Source of the DNA: Vicugna vicugna
Lineage: Eukaryota
DNA: 64,000 nt
Assembly: GCA_013265495.1 (NCBI GenBank)
Contig: MU058059.1
Coordinates: 1,959,502 to 2,023,501 of the forward strand
Direction: 5' to 3'
Of the stretch, positions 52,676-64,000 are shown one piece after another (position 1 is the stretch's first letter; each line of letters opens with the position of its first letter). The position numbers were made by a program, and so were the translations under genes. The notes below the pieces were generated by a model. It was given only the letters and a program-made list of their open reading frames with translations, searched no databases and was not told where the DNA came from.

Positions 52676-54579
52676 CAAAGAGTAAAACGCCCGAAGCTTA
52701 AAGGTGTATTTTGGCATTTCCCCATAAAAACCTACAGTAGAGGATAATGAAAATTCACTGAAGTTTATGAATGAATCATTCTAAAATGGGACAGTGTCTC
52801 ACACGATCACCCCGAAGTAAGTGGGCGTATAAGCCTTTTATGATACTGGCCTATCAAGCAGTGTGATCCCAGGAGTGGCACAAGATACTACGGAACAAAC
52901 AGCACGTGTGTTTATTTCATATCCTTGTTGCATGTGAATTCTCCATCCTGCTATATTAACTACAGATGCAGGCTTTGTAGTTAATGTCTGGAAAAGCAGA
53001 AGAGAAAAAAGGAATGGGCCAAAGTCTGGGATATGTAGGAGGTGGGCAGTGATGTTTTTAGTACACATAGCCTTGTTTCCAACGGCTAAAACGAGTAATT
53101 TTTTATTGGCCCTTACTTGGGGACTACAGCTACAGCAAAGAAAAACACACCTTTGAAAGCCATTCAGGCACCCACTTTGCTGTGGAGCACAAACATGCTA
53201 AATTTGAATGCTACATCATTTATGAGAATGAAGCAAGTTTCCTCTAGTCATAGATTTTTTTTTTTCCTCTGTACTTGGAATTGTCTATTTTTACCTAAGA
53301 AAAACAAAACGGTTTAAAACAAAAGAGTTGATGAGCTGCCCTGTTAAGGAACTATAATTCTAATTGTCATCTAATTGTCAGCTATGGACTTTACACAACA
53401 TTATTGTTAGAAACATACTACCTGACATTTCATACTTAGGAAAAGCTCACTTTAAACAGGTCAAATCTCAAAGGAATTGAGCCACTGGCTCACATATTGT
53501 AAGATGTGAAGTAACTCACAGAGGCTGTGAAATGATAAAGAATTCCTAAAACATTTGAATGCTATAGGACAATGATTGTTCCCCAAAATATAAGCACCAG
53601 GTAGCTAACTCACTGTTGATGCAGGTCAAGATTATTTAATTATTATATTGTGACCGAATTGTACCATTTCACTCGTCATTCATACTATATACAGGGGGCA
53701 CAAAATTATATTTTAAAGAGTCGAAACTCCCTCAAAGACGCTAGTTAGGAAGGGTGATGGTTGGTGGGGTGGGGACTGCAGATCTGGAAGGCAGTGTGAA
53801 ATATTCAAAGGTCCCCCGCTGTGGGTGGTTTTCCGCTGCATCTTAAAACAGGAAAGCCTCACGCCGTCCCACTTTCTCCAAACACCATTCATAACCGCCC
53901 AGGCCAAATGCTGAGCCCTGAGGGGCACCAAAAACATTCAGGGCATCTCCTCAGTCTAGGACTTTCAATTTCTTAGAACAATAAAGCTGAGTCCGTTGCT
54001 CTCCCTTCACCCTGTGGGAACCAAGGCTTTTCACTGTCAGCAACCCGAGAAGAACACGTTCAGCTCAGAGTCCAAGCCTTCTCTCCCACAGGCAGGCTCC
54101 TTTCTTTCCTGGATAACTATGTAAATTCCCCGTATCCCTGCCCCGGCCCCGCGCAGGGCAGACGCCCAGCCATTCAAAGTTGTGTTGCCAGCTCCGGTCC
54201 AGTGCTTCCACTGTCAATGCTGCAAAGAATAGCAAGGTCTCAAAGCTGCAGAGTCTGCACGATGCCCAAACACCCATCTTTCCCACGGGGGTATTTCGCA
54301 TTCCGCCTGCCCACTTTTGACCTATACTTTCCCCGGTGTTAAACGAAACGTGTATTTGTGGGAGCATGCCCGTGGTCACGTATTGCATGCATTAAGACCG
54401 CCTAGCCAAGGAGAAGCGGAGCCGGGAAGACTTAACCTCCGGGCAGATCTGGACATGGAGTTGTCCTCAGAAAGAGAAAGGTGGGGGGTTTGCGGGGGGG
54501 CTTCTCTTTCTCTCTGACACTGACAGAAGCTTTGAAAGTTCTCTTCGGGTCTGTTCTTCAACCCTGCCCCGTGAGCCAG

Positions 54580-56010
54580 GGCGCCCGCCGGTGCAGCCAG
54601 CATGCCAAGTCACCCCTTCGTCCCCTCTGCTCCCTCACCCCGGAGTGACCACGGTCTACAATGCGCGGGGAAGGGCCAGCTCGGCCACTTGGGGTCTGCA
54701 CACAGAAGGGCCTGCTCTCAGCCCCGCAAGCCGCCCGCCAGCCAGCACCCCCGCCCCGACAGCTGGCTCAGGGCGCGCTCCTCCTCGCGCGGCCCTCGCT
54801 GGCCCACCGCCGCGAGTGGCCCAGGGACCGGCCTTTCCCGGCCGCAGACGACCCGCTTTCCTCCGCCGGACAGAGACCGCGACTCGGCGGGCGCCTTTAC
54901 CATTCATTCCCCGCCCGCCCGCCCGCCGCAGCCCCAAGAACCGGGACCCGCGCTGCGCTCCAACGGCGCTCGGGGTCGCCAAGCCAGACACTGGGACCCA
55001 GAGCCTGAGGAAGGTGAAGCAGAAGGCGCGGTACGTCCCCTGCCCTCTCCCTCCCGACCCGGTGACCTTACCAGGGACCGCGCGGGAAACGCACGCGTCC
55101 GATGCCCGGTCGGGGGTGAACGCGGATGCGCGCACCAACCTGAGACGCGGCCAGGCGTGGGGCTTTGTCCCGCAGCCGCCCCGCCTGCCGGGGAACCGGG
55201 ACGCGACCTGGGCTCACCTCTCTGCTGGCCCTGCGTGGAGACCCAAAACAGCGAGGCCAGGAGCGCCAGCTTCGTGCCTCCGCCACGCATCTCGCCGCCG
55301 CCGCTCGGGTGACTCCGGGGAGAAAGCGACGACCGCGCGCTGGGACTCGGCGGAGCGCGAGCCTGCAGCTGCCCGCCGGCCCCTCGGACACACCCCCGCC
55401 GACCTCCGCCGCGTCCGGCCCCGCCCCCGGCCCGGCGGCGGGAGACCCCTCCCCACCGTGGCTCCTCCCTCTGGAGACCACCTTCCCTGGTCCCCCGAGG
55501 CCCCCTCCCTCGGAGACCTGTCCCCGCTGATACCGTCCCCCTCAGAAACCCCCCAACGGAGACCTCTCCTCCCCTTGAGACCCCTCCCCGCCGAGGCTCC
55601 TCCCCCCGGAGACCCCCCTCCCCACAGACGTCCCTCCCCCTGGGGGTCCCCTAGCTCAGCCCGCGGGGACCGCCCGAGCCTTCCCCCAACTCGGGGGTCG
55701 CCTGGGGGTTGGCCCGCTGCAGCAGCGGGCTCCGACTTGCGGGGGCGGGAGGAGAAAGTGGGCTGCGCGGAGGGGAGGAGATCTGCCGAAGTTGGCCCGG
55801 GCGGGTGGATTCCCGAGAAAGCATTCGCCCTGCTGACCCTTCCCGCCCCACTGCGGCCCTGCAGCCCGGCCGGGCCCAGAGCCGGGACCACGCGCCGCCG
55901 CCGCCTAGACCCGCTGCACCTCCCAGCCCGCGCCGGTGGGGCCTCGGCCTGGCCGCAGGCCTCGTCCCCAAGGATGGGACTCGGGGCTTACTGACCGGCG
56001 TCCCTGTCCC
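54580..56010. promoter_or_regulatory. CpG island, apparently TATA-less LAMA1 promoter with GC boxes
   Basis: Very high GC and CpG density around exon 1; several CCCGCC/GGGCGG Sp1/KLF-type boxes upstream of the ATG (about 55390-55430, 55740). Confidence 0.9.
55218..55290 (-). CDS. LAMA1: LAMA1 exon 1 coding part (signal peptide MRGGGTKLALLASLFWVSTQGQQR-G)
   Basis: ATG in GGCGGCGAGATG context inside a CpG island; hydrophobic signal peptide; donor AGAG|GTGAG; 73 nt, phase 1, joins exon 2 in frame (QQRGLFPAILNLA). Confidence 0.95.
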
Positions 56011-58384
56011 CCTGAGGGTGGCCAGGGCCTGGCCCACAGCCTCCCTTCCCAGGAAAGGACTCCGGGCTTTTAGCTGCCAGCCTCCCCTCTCCAATGCTGG
56101 CAGAGGATTTTGTGAAGATTTTTCTGAAAATGAGTTGTCATTTGTTTCCCACTTTGTCTAAGGAAGGCAAGAAGGGTCGCTTGGATTTAATTATTAAATT
56201 AAATTATTATTATTAGCATACCCTTACAGCTTGGGAGGGCTTATTTTGGGAGAGTTTAGTCTTAACACAGGATTTCAACTGCTTTGTTCTTTTTAAAAAC
56301 TACATCTGGTCCCATTTAAAGAATTTTTAATTTCCTCTAATTTTTTTTCTATTGAAAGTATTCATAACTCTTTGCAGATTTCACTCTCTCACCATCTAAA
56401 CATGCAAGGTAACCCAAGTCACTTATTACTGTCCTACGGTTTTTTTTTTCTTTTTTGCTTGATAGGGAGATAATTTTATTTCAGCTGTCAATGAGTTTTA
56501 CAACCCTATCAATTCCAGCTTTTTTAGACGTTTTCTTTAAGCTCTTAAGGAATTATGTATTAGTAATGATTATTATTTTTAATCATAGATGTTCAGAACA
56601 AAAGGATAGAATTGGGCCGTTTAAAAAGGATGCAATACAGCTGGCTAAGCAGACAGTCAGCATAGTACCAAATTTAAAATACAGACTTAATTAAAATATT
56701 TAAGTATTAAGTATTTAACTAGCAAATGATTAAGTTCAGTATTTAACAAGTTATCAAGTATTAAGCATTTAATATTAAAACAGAATTATAAGTGTTTCTG
56801 CACTGAAATAACTTTGCATGCACATTATACACATACAGATACATTTTTTGAGTCTTAAGAGCATTTATGTAGATTAGCTTATGTGATATTCTCAGTACTA
56901 TAAGGTGGCAGATAGTTACCCTATATGAGAGATGAGGAAATGAATTAAGGGTTGAGGTCCCCAATGTCAGCAAAAGTCTGGTCCAGAGCTGGACCCCAGT
57001 TCTGATTTCTGCTCCAGAGTTCTCTCCCTCACTGCACCAAGACCATGCAGAATGAACTCAAAGGCAACAGGAGAAATCACCAGTGTTCATCTGTCTCCCC
57101 ATATCCTGGGCTCCTACAAACTCCTTCCAGACCTCAGTCAGACCTTATCTTTGAACTGCAGACAGGGAACTCAGGCTCATGATTTAGGGAAACAAAGAGG
57201 CAGCACATCTGAGGAGTGAAGAGGAGGCGTCTTAATTTGCCAAGTGGCCCAGTTTGTCAGTGCTCAAAATTAAGCAGAAAGATTTCAGGGAAAGAAGAAT
57301 TTCAGAAGCCACTTTAAAGAACAAGCCAAAAAAAATGTCACAAGTCAATGTGTCTCACAGAGCCCTCGCAGAGCCCTGCAGTAGAGCTTCTCCATCATTC
57401 AGCAGGCTTGGGAATATCTGAATCGGCTACGGCCCCACGGGAGGTCGGGGTGGCCTGTTTCAAGGTGAAAATGATATAAGAATGTTCATGGGTTGTGAGA
57501 AAGTAGAAATTCAGCTCAACAAGACATGCAGAGATGCTGGCTTCAATGTCACTGGTACATAATGAAAATGCCTAAATTCTTAGCAAGAGATAAAGGGTTA
57601 ATAATGTATAGTAAGTCAAGTGAGAAGCTAGTATGTAACCATTTTTAAAGTATGAGACTTCAAAAATTTGCCAGAAACATTGTATGTTAAGTGAGAAAAG
57701 CAAAATTCCAATTGACAAGAGCACCCTGATTGCAAGTATATAAAATAAGCACATGTGTAAACAAACCAGAAGGCAGGATACAGAAGAGCACAGTTGTGTT
57801 CAGCCGATAAGAGGGCAAGTGGTGCTGTGGGTGTGACACACAGTGATAAAGGACTGGGGCCAGGCTCCCATTCTTCCCCAAAACTTACTAGAAAGGAAAT
57901 CTTGGGCAAGTTTCCTCATCTGTAAAATAGGAATAATAAGTGCCAACGAAGATTGTTTGAGTCCCTGTGAAGTGCGAGGTGCTGAGAACTGACTGTTAAA
58001 TGAAACACAAGTTCCTGTCTCTGTGGAACATTCGGTCTGGCAGTAAAGACAGGAAAAAAGCAAACTGAAATGATAAATCGAGTAAGTTCTGTAAAGGAAA
58101 CAACAGGTTGCTGAGATAAAGAATGTGGGACCAAGCACTGATTGGGCAGTTTGGGAAGGTTTTGCTGAGAAAATTTGTAGTAAGAATTAAATGAACTAAT
58201 GTCTATAAATCACCAGCCTTCTGCCTTTCAGACGTTCAAGGCGCAAGAGAGATGAACTATTATTTCAATTTTTTCCCTAACATTACAGTATTTTTCAATT
58301 AAAAGAAAAAATAAAAGAAACCAAGCCTGGTTATGTACATTTTCAGAACAAGGGTTCAAGACACAGTGGGATGGGACAGATTAG

Positions 58385-58720
58385 AGCTTTCAAAACCACT
58401 TGGGGGAACCTTGTTAAAATGCAGGTTCCCAGCAGTAAGGCTGGGGCTGGAGGCCCGAGTCTCTGCATCTCTGACGAGCTCCTGGGCCATGCTGATGCTC
58501 CTGGGTGTTAGGCAGAGCACACCTTGAGCAGAAGTCCCTGGCTCACTTCTCCTTCCTCTGGCCTGAGCATTGGCATCATGGGCAGAGTTTTAAAAGATAC
58601 TGATGTCCGTTTCTCCCCCCAGAGATTCACACTCAGCTGGTAGAGGGTGCAATCTGGACATCAAGATATCTTAAGGCTCTCCAGGTAATCCTCATGTGCA
58701 GCAAAACTGGAGAAACTCTG
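58385..58720. mobile_element. Two adjacent MER5-like hAT relics
   Basis: cttgttaaaatgcagg...ctgcatctctgacgagctcc...gctgatgct, and ttttaaaagatactgatg...ccaggtaatcctcatgtgcagc. Confidence 0.55.
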
Positions 58721-59239
58721 GGTTAGATGGACCGACTCCTGCAGGGGAGGTAATCCAGGTCTGGTCGTTGGCGGCTGGGCAGGATGCAGCAGCCAGTCTC
58801 AGAGAAGTATGGTCACAGGCACAGAAAGGATCAGTCAGGCAAATGTCTTCCTGTGAGGACAGACACCCACATAGCAGGAACCCAGCCATGATGCCCAGAG
58901 CGTGGGGCAGGACTGGTTCTCTGCAGGCTTGGAATTAGCCAAGCTGTCTTTTAGTTCTAAAGGAACTGAGATTCCAGGCAGGGAACTGGGCACTGGAACA
59001 TCACACCAGGATCCAGGCACTAAGCCTGGAGAATAAGGCTGGGGGTTACCAGGAAAGAGGTAAGAGGTAGGTCACTAAAACTGGGTTATGGTGTCAGGGT
59101 CTGATCCAGGACTGAGCTAAAGAGGCTGAGTGTAAGCTAAGCTCCTTCAGGTCCCTTGGCAGTAAAGAGGGGATTAGGAGACTAAGCCTTGGGTAGGGGT
59201 GAGGGGTGGCCGGTTGAAGAGACAGAGCAGGCAAATTAG

Positions 59240-60165
59240 GGATAGTGGGCGGTACAGTGGCATCCCAAAGATGTGCACATCCTACTGGTCTGACCCTGGA
59301 AATATGCTATGCTTCTTGACAAAATGCAAGCGAAATTGCAGGTGTGATAAATTAAGAATTTTAAAAATAACCTCACCTATTCATTCATCCCTAGCCCCAA
59401 ACTGGAACCAAGCCATGTGTCCATCACCAGGAGAATGGATTTAAACATTATAGTATATTTTGCAATGGAAGATAACTTGGCAAGAGAACAGAATGAACCG
59501 TTGACTCACACAACAATGTGAATGAACTTCAAAAATACTATGCCAAGTGAAAGAAGCCAGACACAAAAGAGTACTGTACAGTTCCATTTATGTGACATTT
59601 GGCAACAGGCAAAGCTAATCAAAGAAAACAGTGGTTGCCTATGAAGAGAGGGAAGATTGGCTGGAAAGAGGCAAAAGTGAACCTGGGGTCACGGAAATGT
59701 TCTGTTCCCTGATTGGGGTGTTGGCTGTATAGGTGCGGACATTTACCAAAATCCATTTGACCATATAGATTTAGGATCTGTGCATTTCTCTGTACACATA
59801 AGGATTATGAGGTGAGGCACTGTCCCTGGGTTATCTGGGTGGGCCCAGTGTAATTCCGGAGGTGCTGATAAATGAAACAGAGAGGCAGGAAAAAGAGTCA
59901 GAGAGATGCAGCGTGACAAGAACCCAATGTGCCACTGATTTTGAAGACGGGGGAAGGGGACCTGGAGTCCAGGAATGTGGCAGCATTAGAGGCTGGAACG
60001 GCAAGAAATATATCTCCCCCAGAGCCTCCAGAAAGAACCAGCTTTGAGGACAACTTGACTACAGCCAGGCGAAAGTCCTTCCTGGACTTGTGACCTCCAG
60101 AACTGTAAGACAATAGATTTGTGTTGTGTTAAGACACTCAGTATACGGCAATGGGGAACCAATAC
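59240..60165 (+). mobile_element. MLT1 (ERVL-MaLR) LTR interrupted by an L1M fragment (about 59370-59795)
   Basis: 5' part cccaaagatgtgcacatcct...gcaggtgtgataaattaag resumes at ttatctgggtgggcccagtgtaat...gacctccagaactgtaagacaataga...aataca. Confidence 0.7.
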
Positions 60166-60659
60166 ATTAGGTAAAGCCTGTCACCCAGAAATCAGGTGGA
60201 GATGACATTAGTGGGGAAAACAATGAATAGCTAAAATCCTGCAAATTAAAATTAAGATCTAAGCAGATACAGAAGATTCCATTTGTGTCCATGATAGAGA
60301 AAGGTCAGAAAAAGGAATCATTTGAAGAAATTATATGAATTATTAAGGAGAAGAGAAAAAAGAGCAGGATGTTGCAGAGCTCAGCAGTGGAGGAGACCCT
60401 GGGGTCTGGGGAGGGACAGGACTGCTATTCTGAGGGACTGTGAGGTGTGGCAGCTTTGGTCTTTGTGCAGGAATTGGTGCCTGTGAACTCTGTACACAAG
60501 AGGGCAGAGCAGCTATAAGGTGATGGGCAGGACTCTGTCTGTAGCCCCTGGGGACAGAGGGCCAGCTGCCTCCTGAAATCCAGGCTCTCTTTTGAGCATG
60601 TGGGCACTGGGGAGGCAGGTACCTTTCCGGCCTCCCTTGCATCTAGGCATAAATAAGCA

Positions 60660-61040
60660 TTCGTGTGCTCAGCCTGCCCTAAAAGAACAGTACAGATTGC
60701 CTGGCTCAGGCAACGTGAATTTATGTTCTCACGGTTTTGTAGGTGGAAGTCCGAGATCAAGATTCCAGCCTATTCCGTTCTGGGGAGACATCTCACGGGC
60801 TAGCAGACAGCCCACCTTCTTGCTGTGCCTTCATGTGGCCTTTCCTGTGTGTGTGCAGAGAGCGAGCTCTCTAGTGTCTCTTCTTACCAGGACACGATCC
60901 TAGTGGGTCATGGTGCCACCCTGATGACCTCATTTAACCTCAATTACCTGCCGGGAGACCCCATCTGCACACATGGTCATACGTAGGGCTCAGGGCTTCA
61001 ACGTTTGACTTTGGAGGGGACCCACAGTCAGTCCCTAACA
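60660..61040 (-). mobile_element. MLT1A-like MaLR LTR
   Basis: atttatgttctcacggttttgtaggtggaagtccgagatcaag...atgacctcatttaacctcaattacc...gggcttcaacg. Confidence 0.7.
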
Positions 61041-62474
61041 GACTCTGACCAGGTCCAGGCCACAGGAAATGAGCAGACGTCAGGCCCCCACCCCACCCCA
61101 CACTGAAGACCTCCTTGCCCTGCATGCTGGGTCCACCCACTTTCCACAGGCTTAAACTCACATGTTGTTGTTCCACTGCTTCGACCAGTCCTGGAGGATG
61201 GTGAGAACAGACAGAAGGAGGGTGAATAACTTAAGAAAGCTGCCTTGCTGCCTGGACTGCTTTATGGAAGAAAGAACTCAAATGATTCAAGTTGAGTCAT
61301 ATTTTGGAGTCCTTTATAAAGGCAACCTAGCCTTACCATAACACATCCTATAACCTGAACAACCAGGCTCTCTCTCCTCTGTGTGGATAACAGAAGTAAA
61401 TTATCATGACTTTCCACCAGCTTATTTTGAAATTAAAACAGAAACTTAAAATAGCCCAGCTTCATGAATGAACTAGCCACTCACGAGATTCAATTTCTAA
61501 AGAAAATAAGATAAACACCTCCTGGAAGCTGAATCTCACCCTGCGTGTGCTCCAGGCCTGAGGAGAATGCTTCTTTCTCACTCACTCTGAACTTCTAAAC
61601 TTGGAGTTAATTTTGATGCAGATAATATGTCCTCATTTCAATACTTCTCACAAGATTTTTCTTTTTCTTCTTTTGGCTCTCTGTGGCTTTTCCTTTTGCC
61701 CCAAACGTTCTGCCTTACATCTGCTTTAATGTCAGGGAGAGTTTTACTTCTCAAAAATCTATTATTAGTATTTGCTTGCAAGAGTACAGAACCACATGTG
61801 CAGAATTATGATTAATGCCAGGAGCCTAACATGCCTGGCCCAGTCTAAAACTGCCTTATCAAATGAGAACATTTCTCACCATTCAATTTCAGCCTGCATC
61901 TTCAAAAACATTTCTTAGGAAACACTTTTTAAAAGGAGATTTCTTAGCTGCTCCATTGTATGGGACAGCTACAGGATGGTTTAACCATACCCCCACACAC
62001 TCTCTGAGAACTACATTCCCATGGCTCTGTTCTTATCACAAGAAAACCGAATTTGCACCCTATGACCTTATTCTACCCACCCCAACCCAGGCCATCACCC
62101 CCTGTGGTTTGGCCAGTCACAGTCATAATCTGAGACCCTGCCTAGGTGGCTGAGCTGAGCCTTGGTGCCATCTTGGTTTTTCAACCTTCCTTACTTCCAT
62201 GGGCCAGTCAACTTTCCTTCTTCTTTAACTATTTTGAGTTGGGTTCTTGTCACTTAAAACTGAGTCCTGATGCACTTTTTTATATTGATAGGCCTTCCAT
62301 TACTGGTCACAGAGAATGGTGGGTGGTACCTGCTTTCTGATGCTTAATGATTTCTCAGAGTGCTCATAGCTTTTTACATGTACACATCTGAGTTTTCAAA
62401 GAGTAACTGAAAAAGTACATTTAAATAGACAAGAAATTTGCACACACAAAAGGAGTGGTAAAAAAAAATGTAGA

Positions 62475-62660
62475 GTCAGATTGCCTAAGACCGAACACCA
62501 GCTCCCACAGTTACCTGACTGGGTGATCTCTGGGAAGTTATTCCCATTTCCTGTCCTTAGTTTCCTCATCCATCAAATGAGGATACATAGAAGACCCACA
62601 TCAAAAGATGAGAATGAAGGTTCTCAGCATAGTGCCTGGCATCAAGGAAGCATCCAGTGA
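62475..62660 (+). mobile_element. MIR SINE
   Basis: gggtgatctctgggaagtta...cttagtttcctcatc...agcatagtgcctggca. Confidence 0.6.
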
Positions 62661-62950
62661 TTATTCTCTTTGATCACTGTCATCACCACCATCAGCAGGT
62701 TAGGCAGGGACACGGCACAGCTGCCGTAAGAAGATGGGCAGATTTATCAGCAGAGTCTCACAAACGGCAGTTGGACAGATGGGAATTTTTCTCCTTTCTA
62801 TTATTCATTTTCTTATTTATATGAAAGAAGCACAGGAGACCCGAAGAGGGAAGGCAAGCTAGGAATAGGTATCTCCCTGAAAGCCAAGGAGTAGATAGAG
62901 ATGAACAGAAAACAGCGACCATGGCAGGGAATTGGTCATTAGGGAACTTG

Positions 62951-62952
<2 letters not shown>

Positions 62953-62986
<34 letters not shown>
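62953..62986. repeat. (GT)n microsatellite
   Basis: Read directly. Confidence 0.95.
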
Positions 62987-62988
<2 letters not shown>

Positions 62989-63679
62989 CCCTGAGGAAGA
63001 GGAAGCCAAATTCAGGGGAGGAGGGCTGGAAGACAGCTGTTCCCAAGGACATGTAAACAGCATCTGCCCCCCGGACCCTGCAGGACGTCCCTGCTTGCTA
63101 CGTATTTGTAACAAGATAAACCTTCAACAGGAAGGTTAGACTTTGAAATCAAGGTTTACAACAAACAGGAAATTTAAAGCTGGACATCAATTAGCTGAAA
63201 ATTAAGAAATAGATGTCCACAGAGATACCTGTCATGGTGTCATTTTCATCTGCCCTGGTCTGGGAGAAGATGCTGACAATCCATCAGTGTTATTGGTGCT
63301 TCCTTCTGTTTTTTATTAAGTTCTCCTTCTGTTCGGTCCCCATGGAAGCAGATATTCTACAATGTCCTGCTCTTTCAGTCCTCCGAGCACTTTTCTCCAG
63401 ATTTACCCCAAGACTCCCATCTTTTCTCATTTGATAACATCTTCTACATACCATTTATTGAGAAGCCAATTTATAGTCAAACAACTCATAAACCTGGCAG
63501 TGATCTAGTGGCAGAGAAAATATTCAAATATTATGAAGAAGACATTGCTAAGAAATCAGATTTGTGGTAGGAACAGACAGCATTTTTCCATCAAAAGCTC
63601 CGGTTTCAGGAAGTCATTAATCCCAGAAAGCAATGTTGGCTATTAGAAAGTCAGAAGATTTAAGATCAAAACTGTGTTT

Positions 63680-64000
63680 CTGCAAATGACAAATGCTGGA
63701 GAGGCTGTGGAGGAAAGGGACCCCCTCCTACACTGCTGGTGGGAATGCAGTTTGGTGCAGCCACTGTGGAAAACAATATGGAGATTCCTCAATAGACTAG
63801 GAATAGACTTACCATATGACCCAGGAATCCCACTCCTGGGCATATATCCAGAAGGAACCCTATTTCAGGATGACACCTGCACCCCCATGTTCATAGCAGC
63901 ACTATTTACAATAGCCAAGACATGGAAACAGCCTAAATGTCCATCAACAGATGACTGGATAAAGAAGATATGGTATATTTATACAATGGAATACTACTCA
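63680..64000 (+). mobile_element. Young-looking L1 ORF2 3' region, truncated by the window end
   Basis: aaatgctggagaggctgtggagg...ggtgggaatgcagtttggtgcagccactgtggaaaac...atgttcatagcagcactatttacaatagccaagacatgg. Confidence 0.9.

Noticed and set aside
55218..55290. Signal peptide 4 aa longer than human
   Set aside because: Signal peptides vary freely in length, and as I recall the mouse one is similarly longer.
54591..55994. 467-aa plus-strand ORF and several overlapping 100-236 aa ORFs
   Set aside because: They lie in the CpG island, where stop codons are scarce. The product is low-complexity Pro/Arg/Ala/Gly with no recognisable domain, and the longest ORF starts at a GTG.

Overview
Mammalian genomic DNA, most likely a camelid (alpaca, llama or camel), judging by three tRNA-derived Vic-1-type SINEs and artiodactyl-type L1 3' ends. 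The window holds the 5' part of LAMA1 (laminin subunit alpha-1) on the minus strand: a CpG-island promoter, exon 1 (ATG at 55290), exons 2-16 complete, and the start of exon 17 running off the left edge. Splicing the exons at the boundaries I read gives one uninterrupted frame of about 775 codons: signal peptide, LN domain, LE repeats, L4a domain, further LE repeats. Sizes of exons 2-16 match my recollection of human LAMA1. The remainder is intronic or upstream sequence with L1, L2, MIR, MLT1/ERVL LTR and MER transposon relics, microsatellites, and a G-rich minisatellite containing a 196-N gap. I found no new gene system. The most notable observations concern RNA processing and structure: a GC-AG intron 2, a (TG)15 tract abutting the exon 5 acceptor, a 5' splice site regenerated at the exon 11/12 junction, a head-to-head inverted L1 pair in intron 1, and a degenerate GAGACC repeat array in the promoter. 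Repeat family names were assigned by eye and their boundaries are approximate.
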